Positions 1-13,036 are shown, counted from the stretch's first letter. The stretch: DNA of 64,000 nucleotides from Cycas panzhihuaensis (GCA_023213395.1 CM041465.1:176459741-176523740); one strand, 5' to 3'. Numbers and translations: made by a program. Notes: generated from the sequence alone by a model not told the origin.

Positions 1-263
1 TAGTCTCATGACCTATTAGGATCACTTGACCTTAGTGGTTAGGGCTATTAGGGCTTAATACACCTTGGTACACTCATATGCTAATTCTATTCAATATCCA
101 GTAAATAATATGGGGTTCATACTTGTAATATCTTAAGAGGTATGTCCATCCAATGGTTGTGACTCTTTATCATATTTCATTGAATCTTTAATACCCATAT
201 CTCTTAGATAAACCACAAGTAATTAACCTTATACTAAGTTAGCTTCAAGTTAGTTTTCTAATA
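1..263 (-). repeat. 3' LTR of N1 (partial)
   Basis: Direct-repeat similarity to ~37760-38047; ends ...TTTTCTAATA next to the PPT complement. Confidence 0.75.
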
Positions 264-2844
264 TCCCTCTTTAAGGTGAGTGTGGGATCATAGGTTCTAA
301 TCAATTTCATTATCATGGCTAAAGACAAGAATTATCCTTACTATTATTGTTGTATCTAACATATTGTCCCTTAATAATAACTTTGTTGAATCAAAATTAA
401 CACACTCTTAAGTCCTCAGAAACAACTTTGCATGACTTCTTTATACACCACACACCTACAAAGGCCTATGCACCTTCCAATGGGATTAGTTTCCTCTCTT
501 TTATGGTTCTTTTTGTGTCAAACCCACTCCATATTGGTTCCATATCAACTTTTATCCTTTTAAATTCTCTCTCTCTCTCTCTCGTTATATAAGCTTTATT
601 CATAGAGTATATGTAGTAATATAGCCTCTTCTACACTCCAAGTAATATCATGGGGCTTCACATGCCTTCAACATAGACCTGCATGGCTTTAACGTGCATC
701 CCTATGGTATCTTACATTACAACCTAACTCTAATACGATCTAAACATCTATAAAATTCTCATTAGCAAAATAATTCTTTTCTTGATGAGTGAATATATAT
801 TTGACTAAGCATATATGGAGCACCTCGTTTTAAACACTTCAATGCTATCTCATTGAATTTTTAGTTTATCACATGTTTACTTGAGTGGCTCTTAGATATT
901 TTATGAATCTCACCATGGCCTCAACACTCCATCAACATTTGTACAGTCCACATGTAGTTTCATTGACCAAATGATTCATATGTAACTTCTAAAGCATTAC
1001 ATACTTTAACTTGGCCTATATATATTAATGTATCTTTTAATAGCTTTTGATAATTATTAAACTCCCTAAAACTACCTTTATTTTGTTGAGAAAATTTACA
1101 TATTTTGAATGGATAAGTGTGGCTCCTCACTTTAGAATATATAGATGTGGCCTCCATGACTAAGTTCCCCAAGGTTTCCACACCAAATATAGCCTCACAC
1201 CTATTTTGAACTTCTCTAAATTACATTTATTTTTTGGAAAATACCCTTAAGATTTTGAATACACTTCATGGATTTCAGACAAATTCTTTTGGTCTCAAGC
1301 TTCTATTGGTTTCATGATTATGATATCTCGTATTGTACAACTTTTCATGTGGCCCACATATTTACATATGTCCCACATGCTTTGCTTTGCTTTCATAAGC
1401 TCTTTCATGACCTCTACATGCTCTCTTATGGCTTGAAGTTACTTCAACATGCTTTTTATTGACCTTTAATGGACTTTAAACACTTCCACTTAGTTAAAAC
1501 AACTTCATGTCAATGTTCAATGACTTTATGCCAAGTTTATATGGTATTTACAAAGCTACCATCATTCTTACTTATGAAATGAGCCAACAATGCTCTATAA
1601 CTTCATGTAGCACTTCACACAACTTCCTTGGGATTTGTATTATTGCTTTTGTAGTTTTATTATTTTTTAATAGCTCACACAATGTTTATCTAATGCACTT
1701 CAATGCCATGCCATAGATCAACTCTAAATAACAGTTATACAAGTTTGAATGCCTTTAGATTACACTTTGTCAATATTAAATAACTTTATGTGTATATACA
1801 TTACTCTATAACTTTATGTCTCACTCATTCTTCTCAAAACACACCATACTAATGCTTCATGTAATGTTAATTATTAACAACTTTATTAACATGCCATGGC
1901 TTTATGTTGTAGCTATGCCAATTCTTCACACTACTCTATAACACCTATGTTCTTCTTACCATGGATTCTTATTGCTCCAAACTTCTTTATAATGCTTTGG
2001 ATGATGTTATGTCAGTTTGAATGCATCACATGTCATAATGCACTATTTACTATACAATATGACTTACTAATTTTGATTATAAGTTTAAATTCATATGTTT
2101 GTAGTGTAACACTCATGTTACATATTATACAATAGGTCTCTAATGCACTACATTGTTGCTCACTAATGTGCCATGTTATTTATGTAAGTTTTGAAATCAC
2201 AACTTTAAATTGGCTTCTCATAGTCCTCCAATGCAACACCACACTTCTTACAATGCCAATATGAATGATTTATAGTGGTTTCTTTCCCTACTTCTATTTA
2301 AGAATGGTCACAACCTTTATGTGACCATCAACCCTTTAGAAAATATACGCAGTTGCCATAGTTGAAAATAATAAATCGTATTTTCTTTCTTTGACCTTAA
2401 ACAATCAAATTCATAATTAAAAAACCTTTGTGACTATATACCAAGACTGACTCTCTTGAATTTATTAAGAAACTTTGATTAAATAATCTTTAATCATTGC
2501 AACATTATTCTTGGGCCATAGATCCTGGAACAAAGACAATGTAATACACTATTCTTACATGATTTAGTTGCCACTTTTTTTTGTCTTTATACTATGTTTT
2601 TACAATATTGAAAATCAAATTTCAATGTGAGATAGCTACCTTGTCTCTTTCAAATCTGTCACCTTCTTTGTAAACTCACTACCACTTTATGGAGCTTAGG
2701 AATTATTCATTAGTAAATGTAAGTGTTGTATGAACTTGAGACAATCCCCAATAAAACAATTCAAATCTTAATTATAATGGACCTATAAAGGCTTAGTTCC
2801 TTAACTAATCATGGAGAGATCAAGGTATCGATTATGGATAGACT

Positions 2845-3497
2845 TGTTGAGAAGCCAAGGTCCCAATACCCTGAAATTGCCACCAAGATCTAAACTATTC
2901 TTGTAACTAGTTATATGAATTAAAATTAAAATTTAATATGCAAGTTCATAAACTAGAGATAATATAATAAAATGAATAAGAAATCCAAGCATCACATATA
3001 CACCTGATATAACGTGGTAAAAACCTAGTAGTGTGCTAGCGAAACATCCACACAGGAAAGGTATCGATCTTTATTATTAAAGAATTGATAAAATGTATAC
3101 AATCTGTAGCAGAGTACTCACAACAACAACAACCAGCTACCTAACTCCTCACTGTATATCTAATACATCAACCACCATAATGAGAAATTCCCTAAATCGG
3201 GCTACATGAGAGAGTCATACAAGGCACAAATCTCAACCGTAGAATCTAGGATATTTTGAGTGAACAACCCTGATTCTCTTTATAATTTAATATATTTTCT
3301 AGTGCTAGCTTTTCGATTCAAGGGCTATTTCCCTTGAACCCCTTCTTTATGAGGGGCGTTCTATGCCCCCAACACCCCTTGGCCAAGGGGGGCTCCTGCC
3401 CCCCTTGGAACCCCCTAAGGAAGGTTTGGGGGGATACTGCGCTATCAACCTGTCCAAATTTTAGCCTCCAAACTATTTATTGTCACATTATCTAATA
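2845..3497 (-). mobile_element. Solo LTR (family S) inserted in the Gypsy-A 5' LTR
   Basis: Reverse-complement homolog of 14088-14733; TGTTGAG...CTAATA termini; perfect TSD AGACT on both sides. Confidence 0.9.
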
Positions 3498-4003
3498 AGA
3501 CTAAGGCATAGACTATGAGTAGAGTATGACTTAAATATTTATGCATTATGATAGAAGAATTAATATTGAATTTATTAATTCAACTTAGTCATTTATAAGT
3601 ATATTATACATGTTATAAATATTAAAGTTATATTGGTTACTTTATCATATTAATATGATAAAGTACATTGTAAGTATTATTATCATATTAGTGGTTAGCT
3701 ATAACTTGAGGTTATGAGCCTAATATACATGGGGTCATATTTTTCTTACACCTCATTGTAATGCATATGTATGTTGATTATCTAAGGTGCCAAATATCAC
3801 CACGCATGATTAGCCTTTCACATTCCCCCATACCCCTCTCATAATTATAAATATTTGTATATATGAGACAACATTGATGTAATATGATATTAGTGATGAA
3901 TGAATGTTGATTTTGGGGGCACTTTTGATGTATTATTTTCATGCATACTTTATGTGGTTAGATCATCACTAGAAGTTGGCTTGAACTACCACTTCCCTTC
4001 ACT

Positions 4004-4021
4004 TGGTATAAGAGCTAGGTT
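4004..4021 (+). promoter_or_regulatory. PBS of Copia-1 (tRNA-iMet)
   Basis: TGGTATAAGAGCTAGGTT matches 16/18 of TGGTATCAGAGCCAGGTT, the complement of the plant tRNA-iMet 3' end. Confidence 0.9.
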
Positions 4022-4420
4022 ATGATATACATCTATTATTGTATGTGAAAAATCCAATCCAAGCATTGATCATAATCCATGTATTATATTGACATACTTA
4101 ATAGCCTTATACAATCAATCACTCTTCTATACTTGGAGTGATTGAAGTTATCTCTACTACTCCTTCAAACTCCCAGGTCTTATATCCAAATATTTAAGCA
4201 TAGGGTGATCTTTAAGTATAGAGTAAATAGATGCAAGCTCTACTTCATAATTGGTAATAGCTTGATGAAGTTGTGTTCATTCTTGAATTGCATGGTCTAT
4301 CTTCCATATATAAACCTCCAAGCATTCTTATTTATGATGTAACATCATTTTATCTCTCTTGTCATCTATTTCTCCTATTTCATCCCATATTAACTAGAGC
4401 TCATAAAGAGAGTTGTAGAT
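4016..4420 (-). pseudogene. MAP65: Captured, intronless MAP65 N-terminal fragment, antisense in the Copia-1 leader
   Basis: Minus-strand translation NSLYEL*LIWDEIGEIDDKRDKMMLHHK*ECLEVYIWKIDHAIQE*TQLHQAITNYEVELASIYSILKDHP...GSLKE**R*LQSLQV*KSD*LYKAIKYVNIIHGL*SMLGLDFSHTIIDVYHNL matches recalled MAP65 motifs (LLYELQIIWDEVGE..RDKML..EQECLEVYRRKVD; QLQELQKEKSDRL.KV.E.V..VHDLC.VLGLDF..TV.EVHPSL). Most stops fall at Q/R codons. Confidence 0.85.
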
Positions 4421-5527
4421 GTAGAGGGTAAATCTATCATTAACATCCAAAATAGAAGTTTTAGTTATAATGTACAACTTGTTCAATGCTAATCCAAGGT
4501 TCTTTCTTAATATTCAACCATTTCTTGAAGTGTCCCTTGAATCTAGCATTACAAATCCATTTACTCTCTTGGCATTTTGTCTATATAATGATGTTTTGGT
4601 ACCCTCCCTTTTTTCTTCCTCATATATATCTCCAAAAATGATTTCATATGGAGAAATCACACTTCTAAATTATAGAACCTATATGTAGATAGAGTATAAG
4701 GCTTGCATAGCCTATAAATTCATAGTTCTCAACTACCTAAGTCTTATTTTACATTTTTTATTATGATTTGGGGCATTACTAAGCCTACAAGTTATTCATA
4801 AAGAACTTCTCTACTTTATGACTTTATTGGAGAAGGAAAAGGGTGAGAACATCGCCAAATTAAGGAGGTCTGCATTTTCCTATTACTAAAGCATTGGTTA
4901 ACTAGCTTCAAACAATCATCAAAGAGGGTGATTCTAATCTTTATTAGATCTTTAGATAGAGGTAAATGCTCTTTCATTAATTTATAAAGATTGATTGATC
5001 AATTTAGTTATGGAGACAAGTTTGGGTGACTTCCACATTTTCATTTTTACTAGCATTCATTATGAAATTAATGAAATAATGTAGTGTATCCATTCATTAT
5101 GATCCTCATAGAGTCTAAACCTTAAATACAGTGCCAGATTATGATTCCATAGTTTTATTAAAAAGAAATTCTTATCTATATCCTATTTTCATTACTCAAG
5201 TTTTCTAAACCTATCATTTAATTTTTATTTTTCTATAGTTTCTAAAACCATAGGTTATATAATTTATAATGTTCATAGAATATCCCCCCTTTAATATTAG
5301 TCTCCATCCTAAAGTTTTATTTTTTAATCTTATTAAATAATTTTTAACTCACTTTTAAGCTATCTTTATCCCATTTTTTGATCCACTTTGGGCTACTTTT
5401 TAGTCTTTTAGGAGTTTTTTAAAATTTTTGATATATTTTTATTTAAAAACACAAAAAAAATCATAAAATCATTAAAATAATTTTAAAAAACTTGAAAGAT
5501 TAAATCCTAAGTGAACCACCATCATTA

Positions 5528-5891
5528 CTAGTCTTGCAAGGGGAATGATTAGAACCCTTGAAGGTACCACTCCCACATATGTTATTATACTTTATCAAAT
5601 TTTATGGACTATAGGAGAAGTGAATAGCTATCAGGTGTATTACGTGGCCAACTAAGGTGTATACCTAAAAACTTTAAGAGTTTGGAGACCAAGTTAGATT
5701 CAGAGAGGATGAGTGCCTTAGTTGTAAGTATGTCTTGAGATGAGGATTTATCATTCAGGTCATAAATCTGGAATAGATGGATTAATAGTGTTAGGGAGGT
5801 AGTAGATCCATTAGTAGTGCCTATATATCTTTAGGTATATAGGGTCCCTAAACTGGCACTTATGAGTAGGTATGTCATCAGACAAAACAAT
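5528..5891 (+). promoter_or_regulatory. Conserved non-coding leader element upstream of Copia-1 gag (homolog of 44296-44618, minus)
   Basis: Colinear blocks shared with the Copia-3 leader: CTTGCAA.GG.AATGATTAG.ACCC, AGGTGTATTA.GTGG, AGAGTTT.GAGACCAAG, GAGAGG.TGAGT.CCTT.GTT, GATTTATCA, GGTCCCTA, CACTT.TG..TAGG. Function unknown. Confidence 0.7.
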
Positions 5892-5988
5892 CTCAACTAC
5901 CAGGGGCTATTAGGAAAGGAGACATAGACACTATATCTACTAGACTAGTAAATAATTTTAGATAGATAGGATACACACCTAAGATAAA

Positions 5989-8900
5989 ATGGCACTTTAA
6001 ATGGTTGTACCTAATGTAATTAAATTATTAGGTAGTGATAATTTCTTGGCTTAGAAGAAATAAGTCAAGAACATTCTAATAATAAACAAATTATAGTCTT
6101 ATGTTTCTAGTGATATTCCTATGCCTAAAGGTATCCAAGATCCTAATTAGTTTGATGTTGTCATCCCTAATAATCTTGTTTTTTAGCCTCCTTTAAAGAA
6201 TTGGATGAAGTTTCCCTTTCTTTCCTACACCTATCTTGTGAAGATAATGTTGACCAAAATATTGAATTTGTCTCTACTTTTGTTGAAGCTTAGAACATAA
6301 TCTATGCATTGTATGAAAGGAGAAATAATGTGAGAGTTGTCATACTCAAAGATTATCTCTATTCCATACTATTTATAGGATTAATTATAGCTCATCTAAT
6401 ACAGATCAAATTAATTAAGAACCAGTTGAGTGTTATGGGACAACCACTTGATGGTAATGATCTAATGTCTTGTATAGCTAATGTATTGTTAGCTAGATAT
6501 AATTCCCTCATATCTAACGTATCTCATATTGATTTCCTTATTACACTTCACTTCAACACCTTTAAAGGTCTTCTACTTTAAGAGGAATGTATTTTAGACA
6601 AATTGATAGATTCAAATACCTCCTCTTCTACTCCTTCCTTTGCAGCATGGCATAAAGGGAGATAATAACATCGACATCTTAATCAACAATTTGGTTTAAT
6701 GAATTTGAATAAACATCCCTATCAATAAAATTACCAATGACCTTAATATCCTATTTAGTTTGTTTATCACTATGGAAAACCTGATCACATTACACATGGT
6801 TATAAGAGGAAGAAAGTTGATCTACAATAGTAACAACACCAAAATTACCTTGTCACTCAAGGTAATCAAAATTATGGATGTGGTAATTATCAAGGATCAA
6901 GAGTGTAAAACTAAAATGACTATTAAGGGCTAAGGAAATATAATCAAAATTCCCCTTAGATCAATCAACATATTAGGAATTATAACCATAGTTGAAATTA
7001 GAATCAAGGTGGCCACATGGCTGATAAACTACACATCATTCTAATAAATCTTAGTTAATAGATTCTAGAGCCTCTCGTCACATGATAGGTTCCAAAGATT
7101 TACTTATAGACATAAGGATAATACATGACCAATCAACAACATTTGGTGATGATGTTGTTTTAAAGATTACCAACATTGACAATGCTCCTATATCTTTAAA
7201 GAATTTTGATATTTGACACCATCTTAACAATGTATTCTATGTCCCTAATATAACATATAATCTATTATTAGTTAGATAGATAAATAAGCAAAGCTTAATA
7301 TTTTGTTAATCGCCTTAGGAAATGTTTGATTATAGATTTGAATGGTAATTTCATTACCTCTAGATATAAAGATCAAGGCTTATATAAGCTTAATGTAATC
7401 TCAAGATTTATGTTCTTGCAAAATGATACTAGCTCTTATAGTAACACAACTTCCACTTCTCATACTTCTATTTCCACTTTAAATAGTGATGAATAATCTA
7501 CTTCAAAGGCACTTATTTCTTAGAGTTTTTCAAAAGACCAATTATGGCATCAACACTTTGTTCATTTAAATGTGAATAATTTTCATCTACTTGTCAAATT
7601 GAATATGGTAAATGAAATACTAAATAGTAAGCAAACCAAATATATCTATGAGGCTTATATTGTGGAAAAACATCATAGAGCTCTATTTGGATTAGATGGA
7701 AGAGCTTTGGATGCTAAGGAACCATTTGGTATGCTACATTTTAACATTTGTGGACCCATGTCTCAAGCATCTTATAATGGCTATTGATATTTTATTATAT
7801 TTATTTATGATTATTCTTAAAACATTTGGGTTTATTTCATGAAGCAAAAATAAAAAATATTTGAAAAACTTAGATAATTTAAGCTTGATATTGAATTGGA
7901 ATCTAAAAGTCTAATTAAAATTCTTCATTATAATAATAGAAGTAAATATAAATCTAGAAAATTCACCTAGTTTTACAAGGATAATGGCATTAAACAACAA
8001 TTCTCCACCCCTTACACACCTTAACAAAATGGAGTTGTTGAGCATATAAATTGGACCTTGGTTAGCAAAGGTCAAGCTATGATTACTATGAAAATTTTGG
8101 ACCTTTAATTCTAGGCTAAAGCCCTTAACATAGCTACTTATCTCATGAATTAAAGTCCAACCAAAGATGTTTTAAATATCACATTTGAGAGGGACTAGTT
8201 AAATAAAAAACCCATGGTCTCATATTTACACACTATTAGTTGTACAATATATATACTTATACTGATAGAATAAAGAAAGAAGCTAGATGATAAAAGTAGA
8301 AAATATATTTTCATAGGCAACTGATTTGGTTGTAAAGCATACAAGCTTTATGATCCTATTACTAAGCAAATGTATACATCTCAGGATGTTATCTTTTTAG
8401 AAGAGAACCATGACTTGGACATGACTCAACTATTATTCTTTGATGAATAACCTATAGTAACTCCTATTCCACCTCTTATTACACAAAGTATTCCTACAAT
8501 TCAGTTACCTCTATCAACATTATATACTCCCAGTACTTTATTTGTACCTCCTACCTCTACTTTAATAATTTCTTTGAAATATATTTAAGAAGAGGTCACT
8601 TCAAAGTAGCTCCTTAAATAGTACTTGCAGACGATCTCTTTTGCTCCATCACCTCCATAATAAACTAAGTGGAAATCCAAATATAGGTCATCCACCAACT
8701 TCATCTTAATGATAGAAGTATTATCGTTTCTTAAACCTACCACTTTTGAAGAAATTATTATAAATCAAAAGTAATAAGCAACCATGGTGAGGAGACTGAT
8801 TATATTTTGTAAAACAATACTTAGAACCTAGTTGAGTTACTTGATGGAAAGAAATCAATTGATTATATGTAGATTTACAAAATAAAATTTCATGCAAATG

Positions 8901-10270
8901 GCTCTATTTAATAATACAAAGTATGATTAGTTACTAAAAGTTTCAAATAGATTAAGGGCATTGATTATAAGGACACATTTATCCCTATATCTAACATGAC
9001 CACTATGAGGCGTGTTTTGGCTTTAACAACTTAATTTAAATGGCTTGTCTTTCAAATAGATGTGAAAAGTGCCATTTTAAATGGTAACTTATAGGAGGAA
9101 GTATACCTAAATCAACCTCCTAGCTATGTTGTTCATGGAAAATAGCATCTAGTTTACAAGTTGAATAAGACTCTCTATGGCCTTAAGTAATCACCACATA
9201 CTTGGTACGTGAAAATAGATGAATGCTTTCAAAAGCATGGACTTATATGCTCATCCTTGGATCCTAATTTATATATAAAATCTAAGATAATTTAATCGCT
9301 ATAGTTGTACTATATGTTAATGATTTACTAATAACAGGTAATAAACATAGAGTGGATTCCATACCTCTCAAGAGAATTGAATAGTATCTTTGAGATGACT
9401 AACCTTAGGTTTCTTCATTACTTTCTTATCATGGAAGTCTAGTAGTAGTTAGGCCATATGTTCCTTTTATAGTCCAAATATATAAGGGAGATCCTTCCAA
9501 AGTTTATAATAGAGGAATATAAGACATTGCTAACTCCTATGGAGACTAGACTAAAGCTAGATATTGATGAGCATGGTAAGCCTATGGATCCTACTTTATA
9601 TAGGTAGCTTGCGAGGAAATTAATTTACCTCACACATGCTTGACTAAATATTTCAGATATTATTAGGAACTACTTTAGGTTTATGACTTAACCTAAGATT
9701 TCACATTAGAAAGTAACTATGTGGATAATAAGATATCTTTAAGGTTCACTTCAGTTTAGACCTATTTACTTCTAGGTGGATAATCCTACTTTAGTAGGTT
9801 ACATAGATGTTGATTGGGCTAGTTACAAGGATAATTATATGTTGACCTCATGCTACTATTTTAACTTGGGTTTTGCCTCTATTTCTTGATGTTATAAAAT
9901 GCATCTAAATATTACCTTATCATCCATTGAAGTAGAGTACAAATATATAATTAGTGTATCTACAAAGGCTATTTGGATTAGATGGATTCTTTAAGAGCTT
10001 GGTATTGATCAAGCACAAGTTACTACTCCCTTCTATGATAATTAAAGTGTTGTAAAATTGACCAAGAATCCTATGTCTCATATGAAGATAAAGCATATTC
10101 AGGTTCACCATCACTTCATTAGGAAGTATGTTTAGGATGGTAAGATTGATTTGGTTTACAAGTTGATAAATAAATAAATTACTAATATCTTTAACCAAAC
10201 ACTTTCTCATTATAAATTCAAATGGTTTTGGAATGGCCTCAGTATCAGAATTAATGAACTTATCATTAAT
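5989..10270 (+). pseudogene. Copia-1 gag-pol (many stops and frameshifts)
   Basis: ATG at 5989 (MAL*MVVPNVIKLLGSDNFLA*KK..); protease-like *LIDSRASRHMIG ~7052; LWHQHFVHLN; integrase TPYTP*QNGVVE ~8005; RT Q(I)DVKSAILNG ~9055 and VLYVNDLLITG ~9310; RNase H GYIDVDWA ~9797. End coordinate approximate. Confidence 0.9.
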
Positions 10271-11502
10271 GGAGGGTGATGGAAGAATTGATGTTGAATT
10301 CATTAATTCAACTTAGTGATTTGTAAATGTATTATACATGTTGTAAATATTAAAATTATGTTAGTTACTTTATTATATTAATATAATAAAATATATTATT
10401 AGTATTATTACCATGTTAGTGGTTAATTACAGCTTGAGGTTGTGAGGCTAATATACATGGGATCATATTTACTCATACCTTATTATAACACACATGTATA
10501 TTGATCATACAAGGTGTCAAATATCACCTTGCATGATCAACCTTTCACATTCCATGATGCCTCTCTCATAATTATAAATATTTGTATATATGATGCAACA
10601 TTGATGTAATATAATATTAGTGATGAATGAATGCTGATTTTGGAGGATCATACATACTTCATATGATTGGATCCTATGCGGAAGCTAGCTTGAGCTACCA
10701 CTTCACTTCATAGTGTATAATTTTACTTTCTAGTTTGTTCATCTTATGTAAAGCATATGCTTATTTATGTAACATTAGGTGTAAGGATGTACTATTTGGT
10801 TATCTTATATTAGTTTATTCATCCCATGTAAGGTGTATGCCTATTTATGTAGTGCCAAGTGTGAGGATGCACCATTTTAATTTCTTAGTTTAGTAGGTAG
10901 TATAGTGTTAGGTTTCAGTCTATCCAAACTTAAAACTACCTATCTTATTTAATGTAAAATTATTCTTTTATTGGTTTCTTGCATAATATAAAAGTAGCCA
11001 AATTACTTCACATGGTTAGTGTAGACTAGGGAGCATATGATATGAACAAAGGAGGAATAGAGGAAAAATATAGATATAAGGGTGGATGATATATTTTATA
11101 ATTTTTATGACTTCATTGGAATACAAAAGATGCCTCATAATTTCAGAAATGAATATCTAAAAGGAAATATAAAGGAATTCTCTTCATAGTTTTATAAACA
11201 AGTCATTGAGCCCAAATATAAGAACATAAAGAGAATGAAAATGTATGAAAATAAGGAATTTAAAAACTTGATCCTTTAGCCTTAAAGAGAGGAATATGAA
11301 AGGGAATTATTTAGGCATCTATTACCTCTCAATCTACTCCATCTCTATAAGATTTTGGGGATGAGAAATTGAGAGAGAGAAAGCACATGAGTATTAAATA
11401 GACTATGATTTTGATCTTGAATATGGTTAGGTTGCATATACTAGAGCATGATCTTGATCTTAAGTAGAGTAACATCTAAGATTGGGATGATAGATAGATA
11501 CA

Positions 11503-11900
11503 ATAGTATTGCATTGGTTGCATAGAGCAATATTGATTTGGTTGTATAAAGTAGTATCAAGTAGGTTTCATAAAGTAGTATTGAGCTAATTACACAAGAG
11601 TACCATTGATCTAGTTACATCAAGTAGCTTTGAGCTAAAGGCATAGGACAATGGAGAGTTGATTCTATAAGGTAGACAAATTATACAAGATTATTCTATG
11701 GTTTAGTTATATAGAATAAATAATAATTATATGATTATCCTTTGGTTCAACTTCATACAACAGATTAATTTTGTATGCTCATTCTTTGGTTTAGTTTTAC
11801 TAAGCAAATAAATTTTGGAGGCCCATTCTTAGGTTTAGTTTGATAGTGCAGATAACATTTTACTAGGAAAATAAATTTATAGGCTTATTCTTGGATTCTT
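11503..11900 (+). repeat. Degenerate tandem arrays (~24-bp then ~39-bp units) inside the Gypsy-A LTR; counterpart at ~34983-35360
   Basis: Repeated AGTAGTATTGAGCTAGTTACATAG-like units, then ATAAATTTTGTATGCTCATTCTTTGGTTTAGTTT-like units, present in both LTR copies. Confidence 0.6.
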
Positions 11901-12883
11901 TGGTTTAATTTAAAGGGGATCATTATGCTAAAATATATTTTAGATTAGCATTATTAAGAAAATGAATCCACAATTGAATAAATCTCTTAGGATTTTATCT
12001 CCATGCCATACAAGGAATAGATTTAGTAAGTGCCATAAATATGTGTAATCATTACCATTTCAATCTCCTTATGGGCTAATAGTTAAGTGACTTACTAGTA
12101 CTCCAATGATCATATCATGTGCTCTAACTTAGGAGAGATTTCCTTTATAAGAATGTTATTGATTGGGTAGTGAGTCTATCTAAAGTAATTTATCTAGTTC
12201 CTCCTTTTAGTTAAATTAATTATATGTAAGATGTCATAATAATAAATTATAATGCTTAGTTTCTTAATATCACTTATATAATTTACATTTGATAAGATTG
12301 AGTTTTAAAACAATTAGAAAATATCACTAATTACTTGAGTTAATAATATATTTGGGTATATGTTTTTCTACTAGGCATGTTAGCATAACTTAGATTCTAA
12401 GTTTTGTCATTCAAGTAGTTTAGTAGTGTTAGGAATATCAATGTTAGTTTTATTTTATTATTACTTTATCTTTATGTCACATGTGTAATTATAAATTTAA
12501 GTTATATAAAGGTTTAATCTATGATAATATTTATTCATTATGTGAAGGTCATTAAAATATGCAACTTCCCATTTCAACGAACCTCTCTTGCTACAAATAG
12601 TCTCTCCTAGATCCTAGGAAGGGATTCTGAGAATTTAGGAGGTTGTCCAAATCCTATTTCAAATGCTAGTTTATTGTATGTAGGAGGTATGCTTATCAAG
12701 GTTTAATGTATAGTTTCTAAAATCAATAAATTCTTAGATTAGGAGGTGGCTTTTCTTCCCCAGAAGGGGTTTTCCACCTATCAAATGTTGTGTACGTGTG
12801 CAATGTCTAATTTTACTTATGTTTGTTGATTTCTTAATCATGTGGCATTGTGCATGATACCTATTCTTACATGGTATCAGAGC

Positions 12884-13032
12884 TAGAATCATCTTTTCTA
12901 TGTTTCTTTGAATGTTTATGCTTATGCCTCCTCTGATGCCTCCTTTTCTTACCTCCTTCCTCAGAATCTCTTCTAATACTTGAATCTGAATTAGATGAAA
13001 ATTTTGTATGTTTCCTGCTGGCCCTTTTATCT
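12884..13032 (-). pseudogene. Probable captured fragment of a K/R/S-rich (nuclear-type) protein mRNA, antisense, abutting the Copia-2 PBS
   Basis: Stop-free minus frame DKRASRKHTKFSSNSDSSIRRDSEEGGKKRRHQRRHKHKHSKKHRKDDSSSDT running into the PBS complement. Low complexity; parent gene not recognised. Confidence 0.5.
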
Positions 13033-13036
13033 ATAA

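Larger units (their letters stand above)
3549..10710 (+). mobile_element. Copia-1: full-length degenerate Ty1/copia element with ~2-kb leader
   Basis: LTRs 3549-4001 and 10277-10710 (TGAT(A/G)GAAGAATT...CTTCA); PBS at 4004; PPT AATGGAGGG. Flanks CATTA/TAGTG correspond to the single CAATG in the uninterrupted Gypsy-A 3' LTR (~34197), i.e. a decayed TSD. Domain order gag-PR-INT-RT-RH. Confidence 0.92.

Noticed and set aside
264-2300. Several 60-80-aa ORFs in a CATG/CA-rich region
   Set aside because: No recognisable motifs; degenerate low-complexity interior of N1.
5528-5891. Hammerhead ribozyme (retrozyme-type) in the conserved leader element
   Set aside because: No CUGAUGA/GAAA core in the required arrangement in either copy.
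9920-10303. 127-aa minus-strand ORF (likewise 28855-29950 minus, 40916-41152, 42025-42207, 43518-43736, 61892-62107, 63423-63614)
   Set aside because: Antisense shadows of gag/pol on the opposite strand.
11503-11900. Short regularly repeated units as a CRISPR-like array
   Set aside because: Degenerate head-to-tail repeats without unique spacers, present in both Gypsy-A LTRs; eukaryotic context with no cas genes.
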